Positions 24,072 through 37,769 of a DNA stretch of 64,000 bases are shown one piece after another; the stretch's first letter is position 1, and the number at the start of each line of letters is the position of its first letter. Location of the stretch: contig NC_091999.1 in NCBI RefSeq assembly GCF_044704955.1, forward strand, positions 53,692,001-53,756,000, read 5' to 3'. The stretch is from Pristiophorus japonicus (Eukaryota). Below the pieces are notes generated by a model. That model saw only the letters and a list, made by a program, of their open reading frames with translations. It was not told the DNA's origin and searched no databases. The translations under genes and the position numbers were made by a program.

Positions 24072-24643
24072 TGTCGAGGAAACTTAGCTTAAATTAACTC
24101 AGGCGGAGACTTTCAGAATTTGCTTCGAGAGAAGTTTATTACTAAAACTAGCAAGATATCTTGGATAGCCCGCTTAGTCCGTACCAAGGCAGAACTCTGA
24201 AGTTTAATAGGCAAATATGCTCTATTCTTATACTATTGAAACAGGAATTTTATCTGTTACTTACCACTCAAGTACATTATTCATACATTCTTTGTAAATG
24301 CCATCAAAGCAAGAACTTTATCTAAAACTCCACACATAAACATTATTCATATATTCCGTGATTACAAAGATCATCTATTATACATGAGCATTATTCATAC
24401 ATTACAAAGGTCATCCCGGTAGGCACATTTTATCTCATTCTTGCATAGTTTCTCTCTGTCCTTTTGTTGATAACCAGCTATCTGGATACTCATGTAAACA
24501 CCAGATAGTCATGTATATAGAATTTTCTGTTCTTTGAGGTTGATAAGGTTCGGTAATTCTCAACAGATTCGTGAATTGTACAGAGTCAGCAAAAGCGAAC
24601 TTAACCCTTCCTTCAACCTAGGACAAGGATTGGGTTTTTTCTT
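24072..24643 (-). repeat. ERV 5' LTR (outer ~5 bp missing)
   Basis: 14 substitutions and 1 indel versus the 3' LTR by manual count; TATAAG at 24232-24227. Confidence 0.95.
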
Positions 24644-25885
24644 TTCTCGACCCTTTCGCCAATGGGAACTCTTTCTCTCCAGCTACTCTGTCTCGACCCC
24701 TTATGAATCTGAACACCTCTATCAAGTCTCATCTCAACCTTCTCTGTTCTAAGGAGAACAACCCCAGCTACTCCAGTCTATCCACATAATTGAAGTACCT
24801 TATCCCTGGAACCACAGGGAAATCTTTTCTGCACCCTCTCAAAGGCGTTCACATCCTTCCTAAAATACGGTGCCCAGAATTGGACACAGTAATAGCTTGA
24901 GGCCGAAACCGTGTTTTACACAGGTTCATCAGAATTTCCTTGCTTATATATTCTATGTCTCTATTTATGAAACCCAGGATCCCATATGTTTCTTTAAAAC
25001 ACTTTATGAACCTGCCCTGCCACCTTCAAAGACTTTTGCATATATACCCTCAGGTCCCTACGTTCATCACAGCTTTTAGTATTGTACCCATCGGTTACTT
25101 TTCCTCTCCTCGTTCTTCCTTCCAAAATGTCCACTTTTCTGCGTTCCATTTGCCACGTGTCCGTCTATTCCACCAGCATGTCGCTGTCGTCTTGAAGTCA
25201 TCACTATCCTCCTCTCCTCACTGTTCACTAAACTTCCCAGACTTGAATAGTTTAAAAACTTTGAAATTGTGCCCAGTACACCCGAATCTAGGTCATGAAT
25301 ATAAATCAAAAAAAGCAGCTTTCCTAGTACCAACCGCTGCGAAACACCACTGTATACCTCCCTCCAGTCCTAAATAAAACACAGCTCTCTGATTCCTGTC
25401 ACTCAGCCAATTTCATATCCATGATGCCACTGTCCCTTCTATTCTATGGGATTTAACTTTGCTGGCAATGATATTATCAACGCACTTTATCAAATGCCTT
25501 TTGGAAGTCCATCATAAACTGAAACTGGGTCTACTGCAGCAAAAGCTGCGATGGGGTCTGGTGTAATGAGAGAGACAGTAAGTCAGATATTTACAGATTT
25601 ATTAACCTCATGCCAGGTACTGGTGCAGTTTCATGTTTACCATCAGTTGCACCAATAATCATACACTTGAGGTGTATATCAGCGGATTCTGTGTGATGGT
25701 GAGGTGATCACTGGGCACCAAAGCGGAGAGACTGGTGACTGGCTGCTTATTATTCTCGGAGTGATTTAATCCACTTTCCCACTCAATACTGCAGACAGAC
25801 ATGGTCACTTTGGTAATGGAATTGTCAGTATGACATCACTTTCTATAGAAGAGCACGCAAGACCAGATGTTATCAATAAATGTTA

Positions 25886-26075
25886 AAGGTATTAAACTAT
25901 CTGCAATTAGCTGTTGAATAAAATAAAATGCTGAAAAATAATGTTTGGAGCTGATAATTTATCTTTGTTGAATGCACTTGAAGGTATAAAACGATCTGTA
26001 ATTAGCTGTTGAATAAAATAAAATGCTGAAAAATAATGTTTGGAGCTAATAATTTATCTTTGTGGAATGCACTTG
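25886..26075 (+). repeat. Local 95-bp tandem duplication, unit-2 specific
   Basis: AAGGTAT.AAAC.ATCTG.AATTAGCTG...GCACTTG at 25886 and 25981. Confidence 0.85.
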
Positions 26076-27029
26076 CACACGTTATGAATGATGTGCTTTT
26101 TACATAGACACACACACAAACACACACACATACACACACACACACGCATATACACACAATTACATACACACACTTACANNNNNNNNNNNNNNNNNNNNNN
26201 NNNNNNNNNNNNNNNNNNNNNNNNNNNNNNNNNNNNNNNNNNNNNNNNNNNNNNNNNNNNNNNNNNNNNNNNNNNNNNNNNNNNNNNNNNNNNNNNNNNN
26301 NNNNNNNNNNNNNNNNNNNNNNNNNNNNNTGTGTGCTCTTTTCAGTTGTTCGTCTTAAGCAGATGAGTTATTATTCCGGTGGATGTTTGGACCCTCCGGC
26401 CGTCCATCCGGCGGTGCTGTGAGGTCACGGTTCCAGGCTCTGTCTGACACAATCAGTGGTTCACGTGAAAGTTCAGTCGAACATACTGCGAGAAAAACAA
26501 TCGTTTACATTAAAGAACCGAGAGCAATTGACGCAGGACAACACAAGTGTGAGTTAGTAACCTTTAACACACAGAGTGCCACTAAGTAGTGTAAAGTGCA
26601 GTGAATTGCTCACCTTCAGTCCTGTCCCTCAATCCCAGTCCATCTGTGGGAGATTGTTACAAGATTCACCCCATCCCCTCAACACAAATATTACCGACAC
26701 AATACCAGATCAATTAGACGTTGCACACAACTGTTGTTACCTATTATTGAAACTAAACGTATGTTCTCACCAAAAAATATTGAATCCTCCTAACCACACA
26801 TATAAATATCTTTATTTATATCAGTATCTATCCATCGTCTTTCTATATTCTGTCAATCTAACAGACGTATGGTCAATTGCAGAAATAACGGAGACAGGGT
26901 CTATTGTACAATAAATAGAGATATATTCCTTGGAGTGGGAGTTTATCCCAAAACTATCTTAGACAGGGCGAAGTGAGACACACTGTGCCTCGGCTGACAC
27001 AAACAGACATTGTAACATTAGAAGACCGT

Positions 27030-28455
27030 AAGGATATAAGAACTAGAAGCATGAGTAGGCCATATGGTCCCTCGAGCCTGCTGCGTCATTCAATATGATC
27101 ATGGATGATCCGATCATGGACTCAGATCCATTTCCTTGCAAACTCGCCGTAACCCATTAATCCCTTATCGCATAAGAAACTGTCTATCTCTGTCTTAAAT
27201 TTATTCAATTTTCCGGAATCCACAGCTCCCTGAGGCAGTGAATTCCAGAGATTTACAACCCTCTGAGAAAAGAAGTTCCTCCTCATCTCAAAGTTAAATG
27301 GGCGGCCCTTATTCTAAGATTATGCCCCTAGTTCTAGTCTACCCTATCAGTGGAAACATCGTCTATGTATCCACCTTTTCGATAAGATCACCACTCATTC
27401 TTCTGAATTCCAATGAGTAGATGCCCAAACTCCTCAACCCTTCCTCGTAAGTCAAGGCCCTCATTTCTGCAATCAACCTAGTGAACATTCTCTGTACTGC
27501 CTACAAAGCAAGTATAACCTTTCGTAAATATGGAAAACAAAGCTGTACGCAGTTTTCCAGGTGTGGCCTCACCAACACTCTGTATACCTGTAGCAAGACC
27601 AACCTGCTTTTATACTCCATCCTCTTTGCAATAAAGGCCAACATTCCATTGGCCTTCCTGATCATTTCCTTCACCTGCACAAATACCCCCAGGTCCTGCT
27701 GTACTGCAGCACTTTGCAATTTTTCTCCATTTAATTAAAAAGTTGCTCTTTGATTTGTTCTGCCAAAGTGCATGATCTGACACTTTCTTACATTATATTC
27801 CAGCTGTCAATTTTTTTCCCACTCACATGGCCTGTCTGTCCTTTTGCAGATTTTTTGTGTCCTCCTTACACATTGCTTTTCCTCACATCTTTGTATCGTC
27901 AACAAACGTCTCTGTTTTATACTCGGTCCCTTCATTCAAGTCGTTAGTATAGATTGTAAATAGCTGGGGCCCCAACACTTATCCCTGCGACACGCCACCA
28001 ATTACTGATTGCCAAACCGAGAATGAACAATTTAGCCCGACTCTCTGTTTTCTGTTAATTAGACAATCCTCTATCAATGCTAATATATTACCTCCAACCC
28101 CTTGAAGGTTTACCTTGTGATGTAACCTTTTATGTGGGACCATGTCAAATGCTTTCCGGAAGTCCAAATACACCACATTAACTGGTTCCCTTTTCTTCAC
28201 CCTGTTCATAACATCCTCAAAGATTTCCAGCAAATTTGGCAAATATGACTTCCTCTCCATAAACCTATGCTGACTCTGCCTGACTGAATTATGCTTTTCC
28301 TCATATCCTGCAAAGCTTCTTTAATAATGTACTCCAACAATTTCCCAAACACAGATTTTCGGCTATCTGATCTATGGTTTCCTGCTTTCTGGATGCCTCC
28401 TTTTTTTAAATGGGGTCTTACATTTGCAGTTTTCCAATCTTCTGGGTCTACTTGT
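27030..28455 (-). mobile_element. CR1 LINE fragment (RT region)
   Basis: VYLDFRKAFDMVPHKRL, PEDWKTANV and RPHLENCVQL in ORFs 27501-28472. Confidence 0.9.
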
Positions 28456-28629
28456 GAAGTGCAATGATACATGACCTAGTCCATCATAAAGGGAGACCGG
28501 ATCTAGTGTAATATAAACAGAGGCAGGGCCTAGTGTAATATACAAAAAGACAGGGTCTAGTGTATTATAAACAGAAACAAGGTCTAGTGTAATATAAATA
28601 GCTACAGTGCCCAATGCAAAATAAATATA

Positions 28630-30640
28630 AAAACATAAGTACATAAGAAATAGGAGCAGGAGTAGGCCAACTGGCTGCTCGAACCTGCTCCGTCATATAA
28701 TAAGGTCATGGCTGATCTGATCATGGACTCAGCCCCACTTCCCTGCCCGCTCGACATAATTCTTTATTCCCTTATCGCTCAAATATCTGTCTGTCTCCGC
28801 CTTAAATATACTGCATGTCTAGCCTCCACAGCTCTCTGGGGCATAGAGTTCCATAGATATACAATCCTCGCTGAGAAGAAATTCCTCCTCATTTCAGTTT
28901 TAAATGTGCTTCCCCTTATTATGAGACTATGTCCCCGAGTTTCTTTCTCCCCTTTGAGTGGAAATATCCACTCTGCATTCACCTTGTTGAGCTCTCTCGT
29001 TATCCTATGTTTCAGTAAAATCACCTCTCATTCTTCTGAACTCCAATCTGTAAAGGCCCAACCTACTCAACCTATCTTCATAAGTCAACTACCTCATCTC
29101 CGGACTCATCCTAGTAAGCCTTCTCTGGACAACCTTCAATGTAATATATCCTTTCTTAAATACGGAGACCAAAACCTTACGCAGTACTCTAGTACAATAT
29201 CCTATACAGTTCTGCCCACTCACTTAGCCTGTCTATATCCCTTTGCAGATTTTTTGTGTCCTCCTCACAATTTGCTTTCTCACCCATCTTTATATCATCA
29301 GCAAACTTGGCTACATTACACTCAGTGCCTTCATCCAAAGTCATGACTATAAATTGTAAATAGTTGAGGACAAAGCACCGATCCCTGCGACACCCCACTA
29401 GTCACTGTTTGCCAACCGGGAAATGACCCAAATATCCCGACTCGCCGATCTGCTAGTTAGCCAATACGCTACCCATGCTAGTATATTAACCCCAATCCCT
29501 GAACTTTTATATTGTGCAGTAACCTTTTATATCGAATGCATTCTGGAAATCCAAATACACCATATCCAATGGTCCCCCACTATCCACCCTGCTTGTTACA
29601 ACGTCAAAGAACTCCAGCAAATTTGTCAAACATGTTTTCCCTTTCATTAAACCATGCTGACTCTGCTTGATTGAATGATGCTTTTCCCAATGTCCCGCTA
29701 CCTGAATGGAATCCAGCTTTTTTCCAATGGCTGACGTTCGGCACATTGATCTATAGTTCCTTGCTTTTTGTCTGCCTTCTTTTTTTAATAGGGGCGTTAT
29801 ATTTGCAGTTTTCCAATCTGCTGGGTCCGCCCCAGAATCCAGGGAATTTTGGTAGATTACAGCCAAAGCATCCACTTTCTCTGCAGCCACTTCTTTTAGG
29901 ACCCTAGGATGTAAGCCGTCAGGTCCTGTGGACTTGTCCGACTTGAGTCCCATTATTTTACCGAGTACTACTTCATTAGTGATCGTGATTGTAATAAATT
30001 CCTCCCTCCCTATAGCCCCTTGATGTTCCACTATTGTAATGTTTTTAATGTATTCTACCGTGAAGACAAATACAAAATATTTATTCAACGACTTTGCCAT
30101 TTCCTTGGTCTCCATGATTAATTGCCCAGTCTCATCCTCTAGGTGACCAATATTTACTTTAGCCAAACTTTTATTTTTTATGCACCTGTAGAAACTCTTA
30201 CTATCTGTTTTTATATTTCGTGCTAGTTTACTTTCATAATCTATCTTCCCTCTCTTTATCATTTATTGTTTCTTTGCTAGCTTTCAAAAGTTTCCCAATC
30301 CTCTGACCTCCCACTCGTCTTGGCCACAATGTATGCATTTGTTTGCAATTTGATACCTTCCCTTATTTCCTTAGTTAGCCCCGGATGGTTATCCCTTCTC
30401 ATGCAGTGTTGCCTTCTCATTGGGATATATTTGTTTTCAAGTTATGAATTAGCTCCTTAAATGTCGGCCACTGCTCATCAGCTGTCCCATCCTTTTATCT
30501 ATTTTCCCAGTCCACCTTAGCCAACTCTGCCCTCATAGTATCCCTCATTTAAACTTAGGACACTGGTTTGTGAACCAACTCTACCCCACCACCTCCCCCA
30601 CCCCCAACTGAATTTGAAATTCAACCATGTTATGGTCATT
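28630..30640 (-). mobile_element. CR1 LINE paralogous to 7197-9216
   Basis: Same 5' truncation point (GAAATTCAACC.TGTTATGGTCATT) and same internal deletion; ORF 29507..30262 has KSTGPDGLHPRVLKE...QHGLMKGKTC. Confidence 0.92.
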
Positions 30641-32339
30641 CATAGATTAGTACGGCACACAGTGTGGCCATTCAGCCCATAGAGTCTGTGCCGGCTCTTT
30701 CAAAGAGCAATCCCATTAATGTCAATCGCCCGCTCGTTCCCTATATCCCTGCATTTTTTCTCCTTCAAATACTTACACAATTTCCTTTTGAAGGCTACTA
30801 TTGAATCTGTATCTACCACCCTATTATGCAGTACACTCTAAATTCTAACCAGTGGTTGCATAGAAATTTTGTCTACATATCGCTTCTTGTTCTTTTGTCA
30901 ATCACCACCCATCTGAAACAGTTTCTGTTTATTTACTCTGTTAAATGATTGATATTTTCAAAAACGTCCAGCAAATCTTCTCTTCGACTTCTCTCTTCTA
31001 AAGAGGAGAATCCCATCTTCTCCTGTCTCTCCACATTAACTGAAGTCCCTCATCCCTGGTACCATTCTATTAGATATGCCCTCAACCTTGCCTCCTCCAA
31101 GGAGAGCAATCAAATCTTCTCCAGTCTCCGCTTTAACTGAAGTCCCTCATGCAGGTACCAATCTACTGAATCACCCCTCACCCTTCTCTGCTGTATAGAG
31201 AACAGCATCAGCTTCTCCAAGTCTGTCCGTGTAGCGAGAGCTTGCGAGCTACCATACCATACATACAATGGCAACAAGCTCCAGGCGGGCACTGGCCCAT
31301 CCTCAACAGCCAGAATGGGGAGGGCAAACGAGAAGCTGAGAGTTGACGATGACTTAAAACAATTTTTAAAGCTGTTACCCTTCTTTTTGTTATTTATGAA
31401 AAGTAAAAATATCCCGACTGTCCCAACTAGAATTTCTACCCAGTGCCAGTTCCCCAGCCAACTCCCTCTCTGGAAAAGTCACCATTTTATTTATCATGAG
31501 TATTCTTTTAGGCAGGGGGGTTAAATATATACATTTGCTGTCACTCATTCTCTTATTTGTTAATATACATGAAAGCCCGGTGAAGGAATTGTGTGCAGAA
31601 CATTCCAGCTGAGGAATCCTCATCGATGGAAGCAGAAATACTGCAACGGGAAAATAAGAATCGGCTGAGCTGAGGGAGCGATGGAGGTAGGGAGGAGTGG
31701 AGCAAGGAAGGGGTGGTGTGATGGAGGGGTGGAGGGATGGTCGGAGGGTGTGAGCGATGGGTGCGGGAAGGGAGAGATTGATGGAGGGAGGGATGGAGGT
31801 ATGGAAGGCTGGAAATGGAAGGAGGGTGGCAGGGATGGTGGGAGGGAGTGATGAAGGCAGGGAGGGATGGAGAGACGGGTTGAGCGTGGGAGGGATGAAG
31901 GGAGGGAGGGATGATGTGTGGGAGGGAAAGAGAGACGTGTGGTGGGAGGGAAGGATAGTGGGAGGGAGTGATGGAGTATCTCCAATTTTACCTGATCAAA
32001 ACTCTTCATATTCTTGAGCACCTCTAGTAAGTGCCCCATAACCTGCTCGGCTCGAAGGAGAAAAATCCCAGGTTCCAGCTGCTGTGATGGTGCAGCTGAC
32101 ACAGTGTAAAACTCAAGTTCCATGAGTCTTTCTACCTCGGGCACTTCCAGCTGTTCCTTGTGGAATCGCATTTATCTAGACCCAGTGGAAACCCCAGTGT
32201 GGGAATAACATCCCGGACAAGAAAAGAGAACTCGCCTGTGATATTAAATTGGAACAGAGTAAGACTGGGCTCAGGCCCTGAACTTCAGGCAGGATGAACT
32301 GAATGGCAACATTTTAAAATACAAGCTGTGATATGTTCA

Positions 32340-32785
32340 AGCCTCGGCTCAGTGGGATCACTCTCGCCTCTGACTCAGAAGGTCACAGATACTAAACCCC
32401 ACTCCAGAGACCTGAGCCCATAATGTATGCCGACATTCCCGGTGCCAGGACTGAGGGAATGCTGCAAGGTCAGAGCTGCTGTCTTTCGGGGCAGATATTA
32501 AACTGAGGCCCCATCTTCCCACTCAGGTGGATTTAAAGGATTCGTTGCACAATCTTAAACAGCTGAGGAGTTCTCCAGGGTTTCCACGGAAAACATTTGT
32601 CCCTCAAACAACATCTGAAAAACAGATTATCTGGTCATTATTTCATTGCTGTGTATGGGATCTTGCTGTGCACAAATTGGCTGCCTGATTTCCTACGTTG
32701 CAACACTTCCAAAGTATTTCATTGGCTGTAAAGCATTTGGGACATCATGAGGTCATGAAGGGCGCTATATAAATGCTAGTTGTTT
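32340..32785 (+). mobile_element. Deu-domain SINE (unit 3 copy)
   Basis: Aligns with 1083-1537. Confidence 0.85.
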
Positions 32786-35700
32786 GTAAATGTCAACATT
32801 TTAAAATACACGTTGCGATTTGTGAAACGCTCAGATATTACTGATGGTCGCTGGTTGAACTTAGTTAGTTTCAATGGGTTAAATCTTCCACGAAATGGAG
32901 ATCCAGTGGAATACTGGTTTCAGCAGCAGAACTTTCACAGCTGAATTATTCATTTTAATATTTATTCCCTTTGATATAAATCACATCTGTTCTAATTAAA
33001 CAAAACTGAAGCCAACGTCACTGTTCGACATATTGCTAACTCTGTGTACCCACTGTCAATATTATTAAAATAAGCCCTTGCTGTGAGTTGAGACTAATCA
33101 ATAAGTGACTCTATTGTCATGATTTTGCTGTCGTGAACACTTCATAGGAAACATTGAGGCCTTTATGTAAATAATCACAGAAATAGATGTCCCAGATTAG
33201 AGTATTGAGCATCAGAGACACAATAATTTTTTCCCCACCAATAGAGCATAGAAATAAAGATAGACAGAAATGCAAATCTTTCAACAGATTACAGCAACAA
33301 TTGTTTTTTTGGTACATTTCACTAAATTTTATTATAATAAAGGAAAGATGATACCCATGGACAGAATGGGGAAATACTCCTTCTCGTCAGAATATACAGC
33401 AATATCACTAATGTGATAGTGGAGGTTTATGCTTAAAGGTGTACCTGCCCTGGGAGTTTGTGATGGGACATTGTAGAGGGAGTTTTACTCTGTATCTGAC
33501 ATATGATGTACTTGCCCTGGGAATGTTTGATGGAGCAGTGTAGAAGGAGCTTTTCTCTGTATCTAACCCGTACTCTAGCTGCCCTGGGAATATGTGATGG
33601 GGTAGTATAGAGGGCACTTTACTCTGTATCTGACAGATGCTGTACCTGGCCTGGGATTGTTTGATAGTGCGGTGCAGAGGGCGTTTTACTCTGTAGCTAA
33701 CACATGCTGAACCTGGCCTGAGAGTTACAGAGTTTCGTGCAGTAATAACTGAGACAGGGGCCAGTGGAATATAAACAGAGACATGGTCTAGTTTAGTAAT
33801 GTAAAAGGTTGGGGCTAGTGTAATATAATCCATGTCCTGGTCTAGTTTACTATAAACAGAGACAGGGTCTTGTGTAATAGGAACAAAGGCATTACATATT
33901 CCAGTAATATCTGATACCGGGCCTAGTACAATATTAATAGTTCTAGTGCAGTAATAACTGAGACAGGGCCGCGTGCAGTAATTACTGATACAGGGACAGT
34001 TCTTTATTCGCTCCTGGCATATGGGTGTGGGTGTCGCTGGCAAGGCAAACATTGATGGTCTATCCCTAATTGGCCTTGAAAAGCAGGTGGCGAGCTGCCA
34101 CCTTGAACCGCTGCAGTCCATGTGGTGAAGGGACCCCCACATTGTTCGGGAGGGGGTTCCACGAATTTGACCCAGCGACTATGAAGGAACGGTAATTAGT
34201 TTCCAAGTCAGGATGATGTGTGATTTGGAGGGATACATGGAGGTGATGGTGTTCCCATGAGCACGCTGCCATTGTCCTTCTAGGTGGAAGAGGTCGCAGG
34301 TCTGGAAAGGGCTGTCGAGGATGTCTTGGGGAGTTGCTGCAAAGCATCTTGGGGATGTTAATCATTGCAGGCATGGTGCACCGTTGGGGTAGGGATGGAA
34401 TATTTAACGTGGTGGATGGAGTAAAATAAACTTGATAATGGTCTACTGTAGTGTAGTAGAGTATTTTTCTGTCCTCGTCATACATTGCTTTTTCTCCCAT
34501 CTTTGTTTCATCAGAAAACTTGGCTATGTTGCTCTCGATCCCTTCTTTAAAGTCGGTAGATTGCATATAGATGGGTTCCCAGCACTGATCCCTGCAGCAC
34601 CCCACTATTTACTGATTGCCAACCCTAGAATGAACCATTGATCCTGACTCTCTGTTTTCTGTTAGTTAGCTAATCCTCTATCCATGTTAATATATCAGCC
34701 CCAACCCCGTGACTGTTTATCTTGTGCAGTAACCTTTTATGCGGCACCTTGACAAATGCCTTCTGGAAGCCCAAATACATCACATCCACTGGTTCCTTTG
34801 TATCCACCCTGTTTTTTACATCCTCAAAGAATTCCAGAAAATCTGTCAAACATTACTTCCCCTTCATAAATCCATGCTGACTCTGCCTGACCGAATTTTG
34901 CTTTTCCAAATATCCTGCCACTGCTTCTTTAATAATGGGCTCCAACATTTTCCCAGCACAGATGTTAGACTAACTGGTTTATAGTTTCCTGCTTTTTGCC
35001 TACAACCTTTTGTAAATAGGGGCATTAAATTTGCAGTTTTCCAATCTGCTAATCATCTGAAATCTGTGTCCTTTGTTCTCGATCTTTCCACCAATCGGAA
35101 GTTTCTCTCTATCTACTCTGTCTAGACCCATTATGATTCTGAACACCTCTATGAAATCTCATCTCAACCTTTCTGCTCTAAGGAGAACAATTTTAGCTTC
35201 TGCAGACTATCCACGTAACTGAAGTACCGTATCACTGGAACCACAATTGTAAATCTTTTCTGAATCCTCTCCAAGGACTTATATCCTTCCAAAGAATAGG
35301 ACACAATACTCGAGGTGAAGCTTAACCAGTGTTTTATAAACGTTCATCATAACTTCCTTTCTTTTGTACTCTATGCGTGTATTTATGAAGCCCAGGATCA
35401 TGTAAGCTTTTTTGACCATTTTCTCAACCGGCCCTGCCACCTTCAATGATTTGTGCACATATACCATCAGGTCACTGTGTTCATGCACCTCCTTTAGCAT
35501 TGTACACTTTAGTTTATTTTTCCTCTCCTCATTCGTCTCATAAAAATGATTCATTTCACACTTTTCTCCGTTTCATTTGCCCCGAGTGCACGCCTTCCAT
35601 CGGCATGTCTATGTCCTCTTGAAGTCATCACCATCCTCCTCACTGTTCACTCTACTTCCAAGTTTTGCATTATCTGCAAATTTCGAAATTCTACCCTGTA

Positions 35701-36100
35701 CTCCTAAGTCTAAGTCATGAATATAAATGAAGAAACGCAGTGTTCCTAGTACCAACCGCTGCAGAATACCACAGTATACCTTCCCCCAGTCCAACAAAAA
35801 ATAATTGGTCACCACTACTCTGTGGTTCCTGTCACTCAGCCAATTTCATATCCATGCTGCCACTGTCCTCTTCATTCTCTTGATTTAAATTTTGCTGGCA
35901 AGGATATTATTAAGGCACTTTATCAAACACCTTTTACAAATCCACCACATCAACCTTATAAACTAAGTCTGGGTCTAGCGCAGTAAAAACTGCGACGGGG
36001 TCTGGTGTAATGACAGAAATAATGCTAGATAATTACAGATTTATTAATCTCCTACCAGGTACAAGTGCAGTTTAATTTTTACCATCATGGGCACTAATCA

Positions 36101-36600
36101 GAGAAACATAGAAAATATGTGCAGGAGCAGGCCATTCGGCCCTTCGAGCCTGCAGCACCATTCAATATGATCATTGCTGATCATACAACTTCAGTACACC
36201 ACTCCTGTCTTCTCTCCATACCCCCTGATCTCTTTAACCGTAAGGGCCAAATCTAACTCCCTTTTGAATATATCCAACGAACTGGACTCAACAACTTTCT
36301 GTGGTAGAGAATTCCATCGGTTCACATTTCTCTGGGTGAAGAAGTTTATCCTCATCTCTATCCTAAATGGCTTACCCCTTATCCTTAGATTGTGACTCCT
36401 GGTTCTGGATTTCCCCAACATCGGGAACATTCTTCCTGCATCTAACCTGTCCAATCCCGTCGGAATTTTATATGCTTCTATGAGATCCCCTCATTCTTCT
36501 AAATCAAGTGGATATTAGTCTAGTCAATCCAATCATTCTTCATATGTCAGTCCTGCCATCCCGCGAATCAGTCAGGTGAACTTTGGCTGCACTCCCTCAA
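36101..36600 (-). mobile_element. CR1 3' fragment inserted into the unit-3 copy of the 4661-4890 block
   Basis: ORF 36191..36454 (FFTQRNVNRWNSLPQK); flanks resume the conserved block. Confidence 0.88.
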
Positions 36601-36956
36601 GGTCTATATCAGTGTTTTCTGGGTGATGCTGAGGTGATCACTAGACGATAAAACGCGGAGACTGGCGTCTGGTTGCTCATTATCCTCGGTGTGATTTAAT
36701 CCCGTTTCATACTGGATACTGCGGACAGAAATGTTCACCTGGTAACAGAATGGTCAGACTGACTTCATTTTCTAAACAAGAGCACGCAAGAGAATGGGTT
36801 ATCAATACATTTTTAATCTATTAAACGACCTGTAATTGCATTTTGAATAAAGTATTATGCTGAAAAATAATGGTGAAGCTAATCATTTATCTTTGTGGAA
36901 TGCACTTCCACGCATTATTAACGTGTGCAAGTATTTTGTACACACACACATACACT

Positions 36957-36996
<40 letters not shown>

Positions 36997-37769
36997 CACA
37001 CACACATACATAAACCCACAAACGCACATACACGCAAACACACATACACATATACCAAACACTTTTTCTGTTCTCTTTTCAGTTATTCATTTCACAAGGT
37101 GAGAACATTTATTCCGGTGGATATTAGGACACTGCGGCCGCCCATCCGGCGGTGCTCTGAGGTCACGGTTCCAGGCTCTGTCTTATATAATCCGTGGGCC
37201 ACGTCACAGCTAAATAGAAAATATTGGACGAAAGACAATCCTTAACGTTAAAGAACTTGGAGAAATAGGCACAGGACAACACAAGTGTGATTTAGTAACC
37301 TCAAACACACAGATGGTGCCAGTAGTTCAAAGTGCAGTGCACGATTGCTCATCTTCCGTCCTGTCCCTCAATCCAAGTCCATCACTGGAAGATTGTTACA
37401 AGATTCACCCCATCCTCTCAACACAAATATTACCGTCATAATACTTGATCAATTAGAGATTGCACACAGCTGTTGATAGCTGTTAACAAATCTAAACATA
37501 TACTTCCAAACAAAAAAGTACTGCATCCTCACAGCCACACATATATACATCTTTATTCATATTAATATCTGTCGATCCCTCTTTATATCGTCTGCCTATG
37601 TAACAGACGCATGTGCAAGTGCAGAAATAACTGAGGCGGGGTCTATGGTATAAGAAATAGGGACAGGATCCAGTGCACGAATAGTTTAGACAAGATCGAG
37701 TTTAATATCAAGAGAGACAGCATTTAGTATAATATATTTCAGCCATGGTCTATGGCAGGAATAACTAAG

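Larger units (their letters stand above)
14992..24643 (-). mobile_element. Full-length defective endogenous retrovirus (class I, epsilon/gamma-like gag-pol; atypical env)
   Basis: Paired LTRs, PBS, PPT, gag-pro-pol-env order, and MHR-like, CCHC, DTG, YADD, RNase H, HHCC and DDE motifs. Confidence 0.98.
11294..31230 (+). repeat. Segmental tandem duplication unit 2 (contains the ERV)
   Basis: Colinear with unit 1 once 14992-24643 is removed. Confidence 0.9.
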
